DNA of 64,000 nucleotides from Octopus vulgaris (taxonomy: Eukaryota): NCBI GenBank assembly GCA_951406725.2, contig OX597815.1:211172001-211236000 (forward strand), read 5' to 3'. Numbering within the stretch: position 1 is the stretch's first letter; each line of letters begins with the position of its first letter. A program made the translations under genes and the position numbers. A model generated the notes under the pieces. The model had not been told where the DNA came from, did not search any database, and saw only the letters and a program-made list of their open reading frames with translations. Shown here piece by piece: positions 27,190 to 39,194 of this stretch.

Positions 27190-27421
27190 CAAGGCACAAA
27201 GCTAGCAGAATCGTTAGCATGCCGGGCGAAATTGTTAGCCGTATTTCGTCTGCCGTTATGTTCTGAGTTCAAATTCCGCCGAGATCGACTTTGCCTTTCA
27301 TCCTTTCGGGGTCGATAAATTAAGTACCAGTTACGCACTGGGGTCGATATAATCAACTTAATTCGTTTGTCTGTCCTTGTTTGCCACCCTCTGTGTTTAG
27401 CCCCTTGTGGGTAGTAAAGAA
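27190..27421 (+). mobile_element. SINE family B, full length, with 17-bp TSD
   Basis: TSD ataagtattacatttat at 27173-27189 and 27422-27438. B-box gagttcaaattcc. Central gcctttcatcctttcggggtcgataaattaagtaccag, resembling a Meta-type SINE domain from memory. Confidence 0.9.
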
Positions 27422-28186
27422 ATAAGTATTACATTTATTTTTAATTATTGATAGCAATCAGAAATGTGTTTCTCCTCATTCAGTATTGTCTTTAGTGTAC
27501 ATTGAAATACTTTTGATAGTTATTAGCAAAAGATTCTCATCAAACGAATTGTTGCTTTTATGTTATAGTGAAAACAAGAAAATCAAGAACTAGCTAATGT
27601 ATCAAGAAAGTGTTATAGTATTTAATAAATGCAAGTTTTCTAACACACGAACTTCAGTTTCTAGTTTGGTTTTCTAACTACTGAGCTCTCTTAGACATTA
27701 CATAAAACATAACAATATTTGTAATTTAAAAACCGATAAAAACTTCTACAATCATTTCATAATTCAAATTTTATAGGAAATAAATTTTCTCTTTTTTCGA
27801 AAAAGAGTGTCAATAAAAATTATGTTTATCACACTTTGCATTGTGATATTCATTTGGAATTTGATTTATAAGTAAACATTGTTTACTGCTTGTAATTTTT
27901 GATTCAGAAATTAGTACATGTAATATTTATTAGCTTCATTTAGCTGCATGAAAGAGAGAGAGAGAGAGACTAAAATTTTTGGTGCTTACTGTTTTGATAA
28001 AATAAGTGCCAATAATTCAAAGAAGGTGAATTCTGTTATTTATTTATGTATTTCATACACTGATAAAATAAACTGGAATCAAATACGAAATGTTTGACTA
28101 TTGTTTAGTAGTGATATGCTATTGCCCTCAATTAAGGAGGTAATATAGAAGGTAAAACAGAAGTCATATTAATCTGAAGCCCTTAA

Positions 28187-28790
28187 CCCTTTTGGTAACG
28201 ACCTTGTCGAGACCATCAATGGTTCTCCAATATAAACTTCATATTTTTAAATTAGCTTAAAAATTTTTACTCTTTTACTTGTTTCAGTCATTTGACTGCA
28301 GCCATGCTGGAGCACCACCTTTAGTCAAGCAAATCAACCCCAGGACTTATTCTTTGTAAGCCTAGTACTTATTCTATCGGTCACTTTTGCCGAACTGCTA
28401 AGTTACAGGGACATAAACGCACCAGCATTGGTTGTCAAACGATGTTGGGGGGAGAAACACAGACACACAAACATATACACACACACACATACACACATAT
28501 ATACATATATATGACAGGCTTCTTTCAGTTTCCGTCTACCAAATCCACTCACAAGGCATTGGTCAGCCTGAGGCTACTTGCCTAAGGTGCCACGCAGTGG
28601 GACTGAACCGGGAACCATGTGGTTGGTAAGCAAGCTACTTACCACACAGCCACTCCATAAAAATTTCATGTTAATTTATATTCCTAACACCAGCTTGATA
28701 ATAAAAGTTATTTTACTAAATTCTTCATTATTTCCAAAATTAATCACAAAAGATGTATTTCAGCAATAATCTGGTTATGAAATAGTAATA
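28187..28790 (+). mobile_element. Diverged piggyBac-like MITE interrupted by a minus-strand SINE A (~28267-28657)
   Basis: Starts ttaaCCCTTT. MITE-like sequence resumes after the SINE (ttcctaacaccagcttg...aagttattttactaaattc). SINE TSD is taaaaattt. Confidence 0.7.
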
Positions 28791-28877
28791 AGAAGTTAAA
28801 TAATAATCCCAACTAAGAATTGAAACTGTCCTGTTTGCAGCATATTCTATGTTGCTTTCTATTCTTCACATAATTTA

Positions 28878-29305
28878 CATCATCATCATCATCATCGTTT
28901 AACGTCTGCTTTCCATGCTAGCATGGGTTGGACAATTTGACTGAGGTCTGGCGAACCAGGTGGCTGCACCAGGCTCCAATCTGATCAGGCAGAGTTTCTA
29001 CAGCTGGATGCCCTTCCTAACACCAACCACTCTGAGAGTGTAGTGGGTGCTTTTATGTGCCACCAGCACGACGGCCAGTTAGGTGGTACTGGCAATGGCC
29101 ATGCTCAAATGGTGCTTTTTATGTGCCACTTACACAGGAGCCAGTCCACTGGCAATGACCTCGCTTGAATGTTTTCTTTCACGTGCCACCAGCACAAGTG
29201 CCAGTAAGGTGACGCAGGTAACAATCACGCTCAAATGGTGTTTTTAACGTGCCATCGACACGGAGGCCAGCTTGTTGCTCTGGCAACGATCTCACTCATA
29301 TGGTA
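28878..29305 (-). mobile_element. Family C retroposon with 4 diverged modules
   Basis: (cat)n tail and conserved body, then repeated tttt(a)(c/t)gtgcca modules. Confidence 0.85.
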
Positions 29306-29814
29306 TCCAAAAGCAACCACTTAACTAGGTGTATAATCAAAACGAATAATAGTTACTATATTAATAACCTTTGGTCTCTAGTCAGGCTTATTAACAATTC
29401 CGCTCTCTTTGCATTTTATATTAAACTTTATAATTAATCATGTCATAATACAAATAACTTTTGATCTTAAAGAAAATATATACAATTATTTAGTGTCGTA
29501 TTTCCTCAGACAGATATCTATATTGTTACAAATAAGATTTTGAAATTTTCGTCAATAACAAGGTAGTGCCTAAAAATGTCATTCCACATATTGGTATATT
29601 TATTGTTATGACTATCAGTCCAATATTGTTTTTACAGTATTCTTTTTACCATTCAGTATGTGAATTCATATTAAATGTTTAGGATATACTAATATACATA
29701 AAATGATTTTGTGATATTGTTGTAAAGTAATAATTTGTTTATAACCAAAAGTGTATTTGGCTTCTCACAGAACAACTACCTGGCTAGTTAATAAGTAAGC
29801 ACATGAACATTGGT

Positions 29815-30510
29815 AAAGACACCAGTTGGTCATGAATGACCATAGGATCGCGCCTAGAAAGTTCAGGGTAAGGTGAACTTTCTAGGCATAATCCCTAAAG
29901 TCCATCCCCTCCTCGCCGTGGTGGGGACGCTGGCAACAGGTAATGTCAGAGCTATGCCGTTGGGAACTTCGGTTCCTGGTAGGGCCACCCAAGGCAGATT
30001 GGTCTGACACCGAGTGGTATCAGGTGCTCTGATACCGGGCTCTGGTGAAAATCCTCGGAGTGTCTGTTTTGGCAACCGGTGGCTCCTCGGTCATTCTGTC
30101 CCTGCGTCTGCGGGGACAATCTGTGGCAAACAGGATGTCTCTACATAGGGGATTGCTTGTGAAATCCACATATTCCCACGAAACTTCTTCCAAGGAAGAA
30201 GCCAATTCAACCCGCCAAGGGTGAATGTTGCCACAAGTACAAGTAGGTAAGTACCTAGAAAGTTACCTTCCAAGGCACAAGTCCAAGAAAAGCTGTTTTA
30301 TGGAAGACCAGCAGTCACGCATGAATACCAGCCTCCGCTCTCCACACCACCAATGTTATCCAAGAGAAAGGCAAAGGCCGATACAGCTGAGTGAACTGGA
30401 AAAACATGAAATAAAGTGTCTTGCTGAAGAACACAACACACAGCCTGTTTTGGGATTCGAACTTGCTACCTCATGATTTGAGCCTGACATTCTAACCAGT
30501 GAGCCATGTG
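29815..30510 (-). mobile_element. SINE family D interrupted by an RTE-derived insertion
   Basis: D sequence resumes at 30254 after the insertion. Confidence 0.8.
29864..30253 (+). mobile_element. Non-autonomous RTE derivative (5' UTR-like segment fused to an RTE 3' end), 11-bp TSD
   Basis: TSD cctagaaagtt at 29853-29863 and 30254-30264. Tail acaagtacaagta. Homologous to 50593-50900. Confidence 0.75.
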
Positions 30511-31419
30511 AGAGAACTAGTAAACTAGTTTCCTCATTGGGCAGATGTTCTTCTACTTATGTTTTCTATCTTTCTATGTATGTGTATTACATATAAGCTT
30601 GTATGTGTGATACAGGCCTTGTAAAATAATAAACAGCATTACACTTATTTTTAGGTCATCCCACAATTAATCAAATGGTTTTAAGATCTTCTTCCTATTG
30701 ACTGACATCCTTGGCATATTACTATTCTAGTTCAATATGTTAACACAATTTAATATGGATAACACATTATTGGAATCATTTGTAGTTTTCCATTATATAG
30801 AATAGGGAGTTTTCAATAACTGACTGCAAAGATGTAAAATAACTGCCAGATTATTATTTTATTAAAATAATTATCAATCATTAAAATAATTGCCAGATTA
30901 ACAAATAAAGAAATAAATAAGAATATATTACCTGGATTCGTTATTAATGTTTTTAAGCTTTACTAATTTTGAATGAGGTGATAACTTTAGAAACGAACAA
31001 GCATTATATTTTAAAGTTTTGCATTAAAAATAGTCTTGAAAAGTATATAATTTTCTAAATTTTGGTAAAATTATTAGATTTGACTAACGTCATACATACA
31101 TTTATCCTTTGTTCATATTACAAACAATAATACGATTGTGCTTAAACCACCAAACTCTTCTGACTGACTCAGTTGTGTCACATCATATTGTCACCTGTTT
31201 TTCCATCAGAATTATATCAGACATGCTAAACACTGGATATCTTTAGTATGACTATAGTAGTACAGATTAGCCTGAATATAATCAGCACTATTATAAATCT
31301 GGTCTGATATAAACGGTTTAAAATCATTATACCTCAGTTATTACACTTATATTACCCTCACTGTATAGAGATTTTAATTGCCAAATTATTTTACAACAAA
31401 CCTAGATATATGATATTCG

Positions 31420-32011
31420 TAGGGTGACCTGCTGTGCTTGAGGAGACCTATTGAGTCAAGTACATCAACATCAAAATAAATATCAAATGGAAATTGTAGT
31501 TGTGATACCTGTGCCGGTGGCACATAAAAAGCACCAACTAATTGTGGCCACTGCCAGCCTCCCCTAGCACCTATGCCAGTGACACGTAAAAAGCACCCAC
31601 TACATTCACAGAGTGGTTGGCGTTAGGAAGGGCATCCAGCTGTAGAAACACTGCCAGATCAGACTGGAGCCTGGTGCAGCCTCCTGGCTTCCCAGACCCC
31701 GGTCGAACCTATTTCTTTTATTACCCACAAGGGGCTAAACATAGAGGGGACAAACAAGGACAGACAAGGGTATTAAGCTGATTACATCGACCCCAGTGCG
31801 TAACTGGTACTTAATTTATCAACCCCAAAAGGATGAAAGGCAAAGTCGACCTTGGCGGAATTTGAACTCAGAACATAAAGACAGACAAAATACAGCTACG
31901 CATTTCACCCGGATTGCAAACATTTCTGCCAGCTCGCCGCCTCCCCGGTCGAACCGTCCAACCTGTGCTAGCACGGAAAACGGACATTAAACGATGATGA
32001 TGATGATGATG
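31420..32011 (+). mobile_element. Family C retroposon interrupted by a minus-strand SINE B (31710-31942)
   Basis: TSD ccccggtcgaacc at 31697-31709 and 31943-31955; (gat)n tail. Confidence 0.9.
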
Positions 32012-32469
32012 ACTCAGAATTAATTACATTTGTGCAAAGCATGGCATGGTTTTTAGTGAGGCAGAATAAAAAGCCAGTGTGCGGAATCTGTGTATTTCTT
32101 TAGCGTTAAATTGATTAACTTCATGTCAAAGACCTGCTCTACAAGAGATACCTGAGATTATCCAACAACAATAACAGCAATGACAATGTATCAGTGTGTA
32201 CGTTTGCATATTAAAAGAACTGAAGTTTAAACATTTAATACCTAATGCATAATCAGAAACTGAACATTTAATCTTACATGAATAAAATAATTACACATAG
32301 CACCTGACTGGAAAAGGAGAGTAGATTTACAGAAGTTAATAGGATTTATATCGATTAAAAAGAGCATTCCTTGTTAAATAATTCCTTCATAATTGTAGAT
32401 ATATATCACCACTGTTATGAATATAAATATTTGCAAAGCTCTCAAGAGGATATTCTTTCTATATATATG

Positions 32470-32761
32470 TTGTTGTTTGTTCCTTCTCGAGCCACGCCAG
32501 GCTCATAAGGGTCAGTTTCCCAGTTTCCTTGGCCTATAGGTTCCCCACCTGAAGGGACACCAGTCTGTCGCAGGTGAGCTGCTAGATGCAGGAGGAAAGT
32601 TGTGGTGAAAGAGTCAGCAGAAGTTTGCCATTACCCTCTGCCAGATCCGCATGGAGCTTAGGCGTTTCGCTCATAAACATACACATCGCCCAGTCTGAGA
32701 TTCGAACCCGTGATCCCTCGACCGTGAATCCGCTGCTCTAACCACTAGGCCATGTGCCTCC
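32470..32761 (-). mobile_element. tRNA-derived SINE family F
   Basis: Minus strand ggaggcacatggcctagtggttagagc...gggttcgaatctc (A/B boxes). Second copy at 58472. Confidence 0.85.
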
Positions 32762-32794
32762 TCTATATTCTTTCTACGTTCATGTAAACATACT

Positions 32795-33607
32795 TTTTAT
32801 CTTTTACTTGTTTCAGTCACTGAACTGCAGCTATGCTAGGGTACCACCTACTTTGAAGGGTTTAGTTGAGCAAATAGACTCCATTACTTATTTTTCTAAC
32901 TCTAGTATTTATTCCACTGGTCTCATGCTGAACCACTAAGTTACAGGGATATAAACAAACCAATACCAGGGTTATAGTAGTGGATACTTACCCCAGGTGC
33001 CATGCACAGGTACTGAACTTGAAACCATGTGGTTGTAAAATAAGTTTCCTAACCACACAGCCATGCCCGCACATAATAGATTTATTTCTAAAAATGTGCA
33101 TTACTTCTTATAATAACAGTATTCTGGTTATTGATACTATGAAGAGCAATACCGTTAACATTACTACAACTACATTCGTACCAATTTTAACAAGAATCTT
33201 GATATCATTTTCACCACTCTGATACCATGGTTAACACTGCTGTTAACAGAGTTCTTCTACTACCATGCCATCATTAACAATACTATGTGCTACACTTCTA
33301 GCTCTATCAATTATACCATCACCCAACTATACCATTGACCCTTTAGCGTTCAGATTACTCTATCAAATGCAATGCTTAGTTACTCTTGCCCTTTTTACTC
33401 TTTTACTTGTTTCAGTCATTTGACTTCGGCCATGCTGGAGCACCGCCTTTTAGTCGAGCAAATCGACCCCAGGATTTATTCTTTGGAAGCCTAGTACTTA
33501 TTCTATCAGACTCTTTAGCTGAAATGCTAAGTTGCAGGAACGTAAACACACCACCATCGCTTGTCAAGCGATTTTGGGGGCACAAACACTGACATACAAA
33601 CATATAT

Positions 33608-33657
<50 letters not shown>

Positions 33658-33790
33658 ATGACGGGCTTCTTTCAGTTTCCATCTACCAAATCCACTCACA
33701 AGGCTTTGGACGGCCTGAGGCTATAGTAGAAGACACTTGCCCAAGGTGACATGCAGTGGGAATGAACCTGGAACCATGTAGTTTGGAAGC
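32795..33790 (+). repeat. SINE-bounded segment duplicated at 62073-62960
   Basis: The ~330 bp non-SINE core (acataatagatttatttctaaaaatgt...ccctttagc) and both flanking SINE A variants are shared. Confidence 0.9.
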
Positions 33791-33996
33791 AAGCTACTTA
33801 CCACACAACTACTCCTATGCCTACGTATTTTTAATTTTAATCATGCATTGTCTTGTCCCTTCAAGTTTCCAATGATGTGATTGTTTATTTTCATGACATT
33901 GTAGGCTAGGTCTGAGGAGTCAGATCTGGTCAATTTACACATAAAACAGATAGAATATTTGGGTTGGATGTGGCTGGTTTAAATGCTAAAAAGGGT
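33339..33996 (+). mobile_element. MITE with CCCTTTAGC...GCTAAAAAGGG ends, interrupted by SINE A (33385-33822, minus)
   Basis: Terminal inverted repeats visible. Related starts at ~55986 and ~62540. Confidence 0.6.
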
Positions 33997-34647
33997 TATT
34001 AGTAATTCTACCATTTCCATACTATCAGCAACAATGGCATTAATATAACTTCTACCATTCCCATACCATCACCAACAAACAATAATACCACAGTGATGAA
34101 TCAGCGAGGAAGCATCTATAGTCTGCTAATGATAGCAGCAGAGTCATCATTGAATCCAATGCTCTTCTTTTAAAAAGGGAAGGTCACGTTGGTTAATACA
34201 ATCCTAGATACACCATCTTTTACTTTTTTATGTGTTTCAGTCGTTTGATTGCAGCCATGCTGGGGCACTACTTTAGTCAAACAAATCGACCCCAGGACTT
34301 ATTTTGTCAAACCAAGTACTTATTCTATTGGTTTCTTTTTTGTGGAACTGCTAAGTTACAGGGACATAAACACACTAACACCACTTGTCAAGCAGTGGTG
34401 GGGAGACAAACACAAAGACACACACACATATATAAAAGTGAGTTTAGGGATATATAATCCGGATGGATACCATGTTAGCTCTCAGTTGGGTTCCAGATGC
34501 CAGTTAACGACAATGATCAGTATCCAATGTCTGTGTCTACTTACTATAAGCTGTTAGTCACTTGGGTAATTCTGTGTGTCCTGCAGTGGACTATAAAGGT
34601 TTCTTGGAATATATATATGTATGTATGTATATATATATATATATATA

Positions 34648-35017
34648 TGCGGAGTGGCTGTGTGGTAAGTAGCTTGCTTACCAACCACATGGTTTCGGGT
34701 TCATTCCCACTGCGTGGCACCTTGGGAAAGCGTCTTCTACTATAGCTTCGGGCCAACCAAAGCCTTGTGAGTGGATTTGGTAGACAGAAACTGAAAGAAG
34801 CCAATCGTATATATGTATGTATATGTATGTGTGTGTGTGTCTGTGTTTGTCCCCCAACATCACTTGACAACCAATGCCGGTGTGTTTATGCCCCTGTAAC
34901 TTAGCAGTTCAGCAAAAAAAAAAACGATAGAATAAGTACTGGGGTCGATTTACTTGACTAAAGACGGTGCTCCAGCATGGCCACAGTCAAATGACTGAAA
35001 CAAGTAAAAGAGTAAAA
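34648..35017 (+). mobile_element. SINE family A
   Basis: ggagtggctgtgtggtaagtagcttgc...aagtaaaagagtaaaaag. Confidence 0.9.
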
Positions 35018-35104
35018 AGAGAGAGAGTATAAAGAGCCAATCTGTTTCTGACAGCTGATTATTTCCAACAGTTGAAGTCCATAAATATTTAGAGGGGAAA
35101 GGAA

Positions 35105-35863
35105 GCAGTAGATTACAAGTATGTCACCCCCAGTATTTAACTGGTATTTTGTATTCTTGACCCAGAATGAGAAAAAGAGAATGTTGATTTTTGAACTCAT
35201 TTATGAAAGAGAGTAACTAAATACATGAAGCCATTTAATGTGCCAGCTTAACAGATTCCTCTAATCCACCATCCTGACCACTATCGTATTTAATCTCTCA
35301 TCAACACCAACATACAGCATGGAAAATGATAACTCCAGTTTTCTGAAGTCATTGGGTTTGCTGAGTATATAAACACACTGGCCCCTTATTTCTCTGGGAT
35401 TGGTGAAAACGACATAGACACCCCTGATAAGAACTCAATAAGGTTTGAAAGTGATTTTTTTTCAATTTACAGAGAAATAGTTAAATTTGCCCTGTTTATA
35501 TCTATCTACTGCAGTAGATTATAAGTATGTCCACTCCCAGTATATAACTGGTATTTCATATTCTTGACCCAGAATGAGAAAAAGATAATGTTGATCTTGA
35601 ACGCATTTATTAAAGAGTGTAACCAAATACATTAAGCCATTTAATTGGCGTTAGGAAGGGCAACCAGCTGTAGAAACACTGCCAGATCTGACTGGCCTGG
35701 TGCAGCCTTTGGGCTTCCCAGACCCCAGTTGAACCGTCCAACCCATGCTAGCATGGAAAGCGGACATTAAATGATGATGATGATGATTTAATGTGCCAGC
35801 TTAACAGATTCCTCTAATCCACCATCTTGACCACTACCGTATTTAATCCCACATCAACACCAA
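35105..35863 (+). repeat. Tandem duplicate (~210 bp); the second copy carries a ~140 bp family C insertion
   Basis: 35105-35313 versus 35511-35863. Insertion ~35646-35785 flanked by atttaat. Confidence 0.85.
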
Positions 35864-37264
35864 CATTACTTCTATCACCACAATTAATCACACAAGCCTA
35901 ATCCATGTCCTTTCATTCATCACCCATCACTCCCTTACATCCATCCCTCTGCTACCATTACCACCACCACCATCATCATACGTTTACTTATAATCAGAAT
36001 CTCACTGAACTACCTGACAACACTTGTTATAATATCAGATTTACAGTTCCCAGCAACTGAAAGCTTGGTGATGAGAATTTCTTCCTCTCCACCACTTTAT
36101 CAATAGCTCTTCCTCCTCCTCCTCCTCTTCTTCTCTTTTATCTACCATTCTGAGAATAACAATCAAGATGTTTACAGAACTATCACATTTATTCTAATGA
36201 CCTCGTGCTCATCATAATTGTCACCACTAGCGGTAACATAACAAAAATGTTTAATAATCACTAGTACACTAAGATTACCTGCATCATTAAAATGATGATC
36301 ATCGTCATCATCATCATCATCGTCATTATTATTGCTATCATAATCACCATCATTTATCCTTTTCCTACTTTACTCCACCATCACAATCACTATTTACATC
36401 ATGTCCAGCAGCATCACTATTTGTCATCTTAGTCAACATCACTACGACCAACTTCATCATAATTACCACCACCATCACTTTCATAATTATTAACATCATC
36501 ATCGACATCATTATCATTATTGTCGTCATTATCAACATCATTATCATCATCGTCGTCATCAATGCTAAATTGTCATCATCTCCATCACTTTCCTTCACTG
36601 CCATTATCAGTGCTATTTTCATGACTGATTACAATTGCCACCATAATTCTTCTCTCATCACTTTGGTATGTGTCCTTCTATCTGTCATCAGCAACAACAC
36701 ACTTCTTGCCTCTCATACCACATGTGCATATACATACACATACACACATACACACACAAGCATGCATGCTCACCTGCACATGCACAAACAGCAGGTAAGA
36801 TCCAGCTTGTTCTTGCACCATCTCTAGTCAATATGCAGAACTGATTCTAACAAAGGCAGACACAGAAGCACCTCCCTACCCACAAGATAGCCATTATGGC
36901 AACAAACTTGCCAGTGACATCCCTTTGAAGAAGTGTTGATCTGAAAGTATCAAAAGGTTTTGGTTTTCACTAATATCTCAGTAGATTTCTGATCAATTGC
37001 CAACTAACTTATTATGAGCCTTTCTCTTCCCTTGTCCCATACAGGCTCCCACATACATAAACAAACACCCACATGCATATATATATATATATATATACAT
37101 ACACACACACGTGTATGTACATATATATACATAAAATGGAAATGCACATATACATAAACATTTGAAGCATATGTATATATATATGTGCACATATAAATGT
37201 ATATATATACACACACATACACACATGTCCAGATGTTTTGTGTTCTTGTCCCATTTTGTATTTT

Positions 37265-37286
37265 ATATATATATACATATATATAC

Positions 37287-37321
<35 letters not shown>

Positions 37322-37392
37322 AACACAAGCATTATATATATATATATACATACATATATATATATATAAACACAAGCATTATATATATATAT

Positions 37393-37431
<39 letters not shown>

Positions 37432-37446
37432 AACACAAGCAATATA

Positions 37447-37491
<45 letters not shown>

Positions 37492-37620
37492 AAACACAAG
37501 CATTTATATATATATATATATACATACATATATATATATATATATATACAAACACAAGCATTATATATATATATATATATACAAACACAAGCATTATATA
37601 TATATATATATATGTATGTA
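37265..37620. repeat. (TA)n minisatellite with aaacacaagcatt spacer
   Basis: 6 visible units. Confidence 0.85.
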
Positions 37621-37770
37621 GTGATGCAGATATACAATTAAGATAAAAGGACCTTCAGAGATTTATGCATGAAATATATGTGCATGTACATATATGTATG
37701 TATACACACATACACACACCTATACACATACATGTGTGCATGCATGTAGTTGCACTTATATATATTTATA

Positions 37771-37934
37771 AGGCACAGGAGTAGCTGTGTGGCAAGAAGC
37801 TCACTTCCCAACCAGATGGTTCCGGGTTCAGTCCCACTGCATGGCACCTTGGGCAAGTGTCTTCTACTACAGCCTTGAGCTGACCAAAGCCTTGTGAGTG
37901 GATTTGGTAGACAGAAACTAAAAGAAGCCTGTCG

Positions 37935-37981
<47 letters not shown>

Positions 37982-38182
37982 ATTTGTGTGGATGTGTTTG
38001 TCCCCCACCATCACTTGACAACCGATGTTGGTGTGTTTATGTCCCCGTAATTTAAAGGTTCAGAAAAAGAGGCTAATAAAATAAGAACTACGGTTACAAC
38101 AAATAAGTCCTGGGGTCGATTTGTTCAACTAAAGGCAGTGCTCCAGCATGGGCACAATCAAATGATTAAGACACATAAAAGA
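37771..38182 (+). mobile_element. SINE family A, full length
   Basis: ggcacaggagtagctgtgtgg...gctccagcatgg. Confidence 0.9.
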
Positions 38183-38192
38183 ATATATATAT

Positions 38193-38722
38193 ATCATCAT
38201 CATCATCATCGTTTAATGTCTGTTTTCCACGCTAGCACGGGTTGGACGGTTTGACCGGGGTCTGGGAAGCCAGGGGCTGCACCAGGCTCCAGTCTGATCT
38301 GGCAGAATTTCTACAGCTGGATGCTCTTCCTAACGCCAACCACTCCGCGAGTGTAGTGGGTGCTTTTTATGTGCCACCTGCACAGGTGCCAGGGGGGGTC
38401 CGGCATTGGCCACAATCGGTTGGAGCTTTTAACGTGCCACCGGCACTGAAGCCAGCCAAGGCGGCGCTGGCAACGGCCACGTTCGGATGGTGCTTTTTAT
38501 GTGCCACCAGCACTGGAGCCAGTCGAGACAGCGCTGGCATCGGCCACGTTCGGACGGTGCTTTTTATGTGCCACCGGCACTGGAGCCAGTCGAGACAGCG
38601 CTGGCATCGGCCACGTTCGGACGGTGCTTTTTATGTGCCACCGGCACAGAAGCCAGTCGGGGCGGCGCTGGCATCGGCCACGTTCGGATGGTGCTTTTAT
38701 GTGCCTTTTTATGTGCTTTTTA
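38193..38722 (-). mobile_element. Family C retroposon with ~5-6 modules
   Basis: Modules gtgctttttatgtgccaccggcactggagccagtcgagacagcgctggcatcggccacgttcggac. Confidence 0.9.
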
Positions 38723-39194
38723 TGTATATATATATATATATAAAATATGAATGCATGTGTAGATTTGTATTATATATTTATACATGTATATATACACACA
38801 TATATGTGCTTATATATATATATATACATACATTTATGTACATAATATTAATTCGAGACAAAACCACTATTTTGCAAATCAAACAAGGAAAGACTTAATC
38901 AATACATAAAAAATTTTAATATAAAGTAAATGTGTGTGTGTGTATGTATTTGTGCTTATATGAATATATATATATATATATTTCACCAGGTGGTGCTATT
39001 AAGTTAGACATGGCCTCGGCCAATACTGGCCAAAACCTTTCTAAGTTATTCTAAGTTATATAGTTGTACACTTACTAAATCTTTTTCTGTAAATATTTAA
39101 CTATACCAAGATATGAAGACAGAGAAAGACTTTGGTTCATTGGGTGTCACTGCTGATACTTTTAAAATATCTGATGGAATAGAATATAGTCTTG

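Noticed and set aside
32690-32761. tRNA gene candidates (also at 16130-16205, 42735-42810 and 58700-58765)
   Set aside because: A/B boxes are present but there is no complete cloverleaf, and each continues into a multi-copy SINE body.
35422-35462. Possible fourth hammerhead (ctgataa gaactcaataaggttt gaaa)
   Set aside because: Core is mutated and there is no convincing stem I or stem III; too weak without a consensus.
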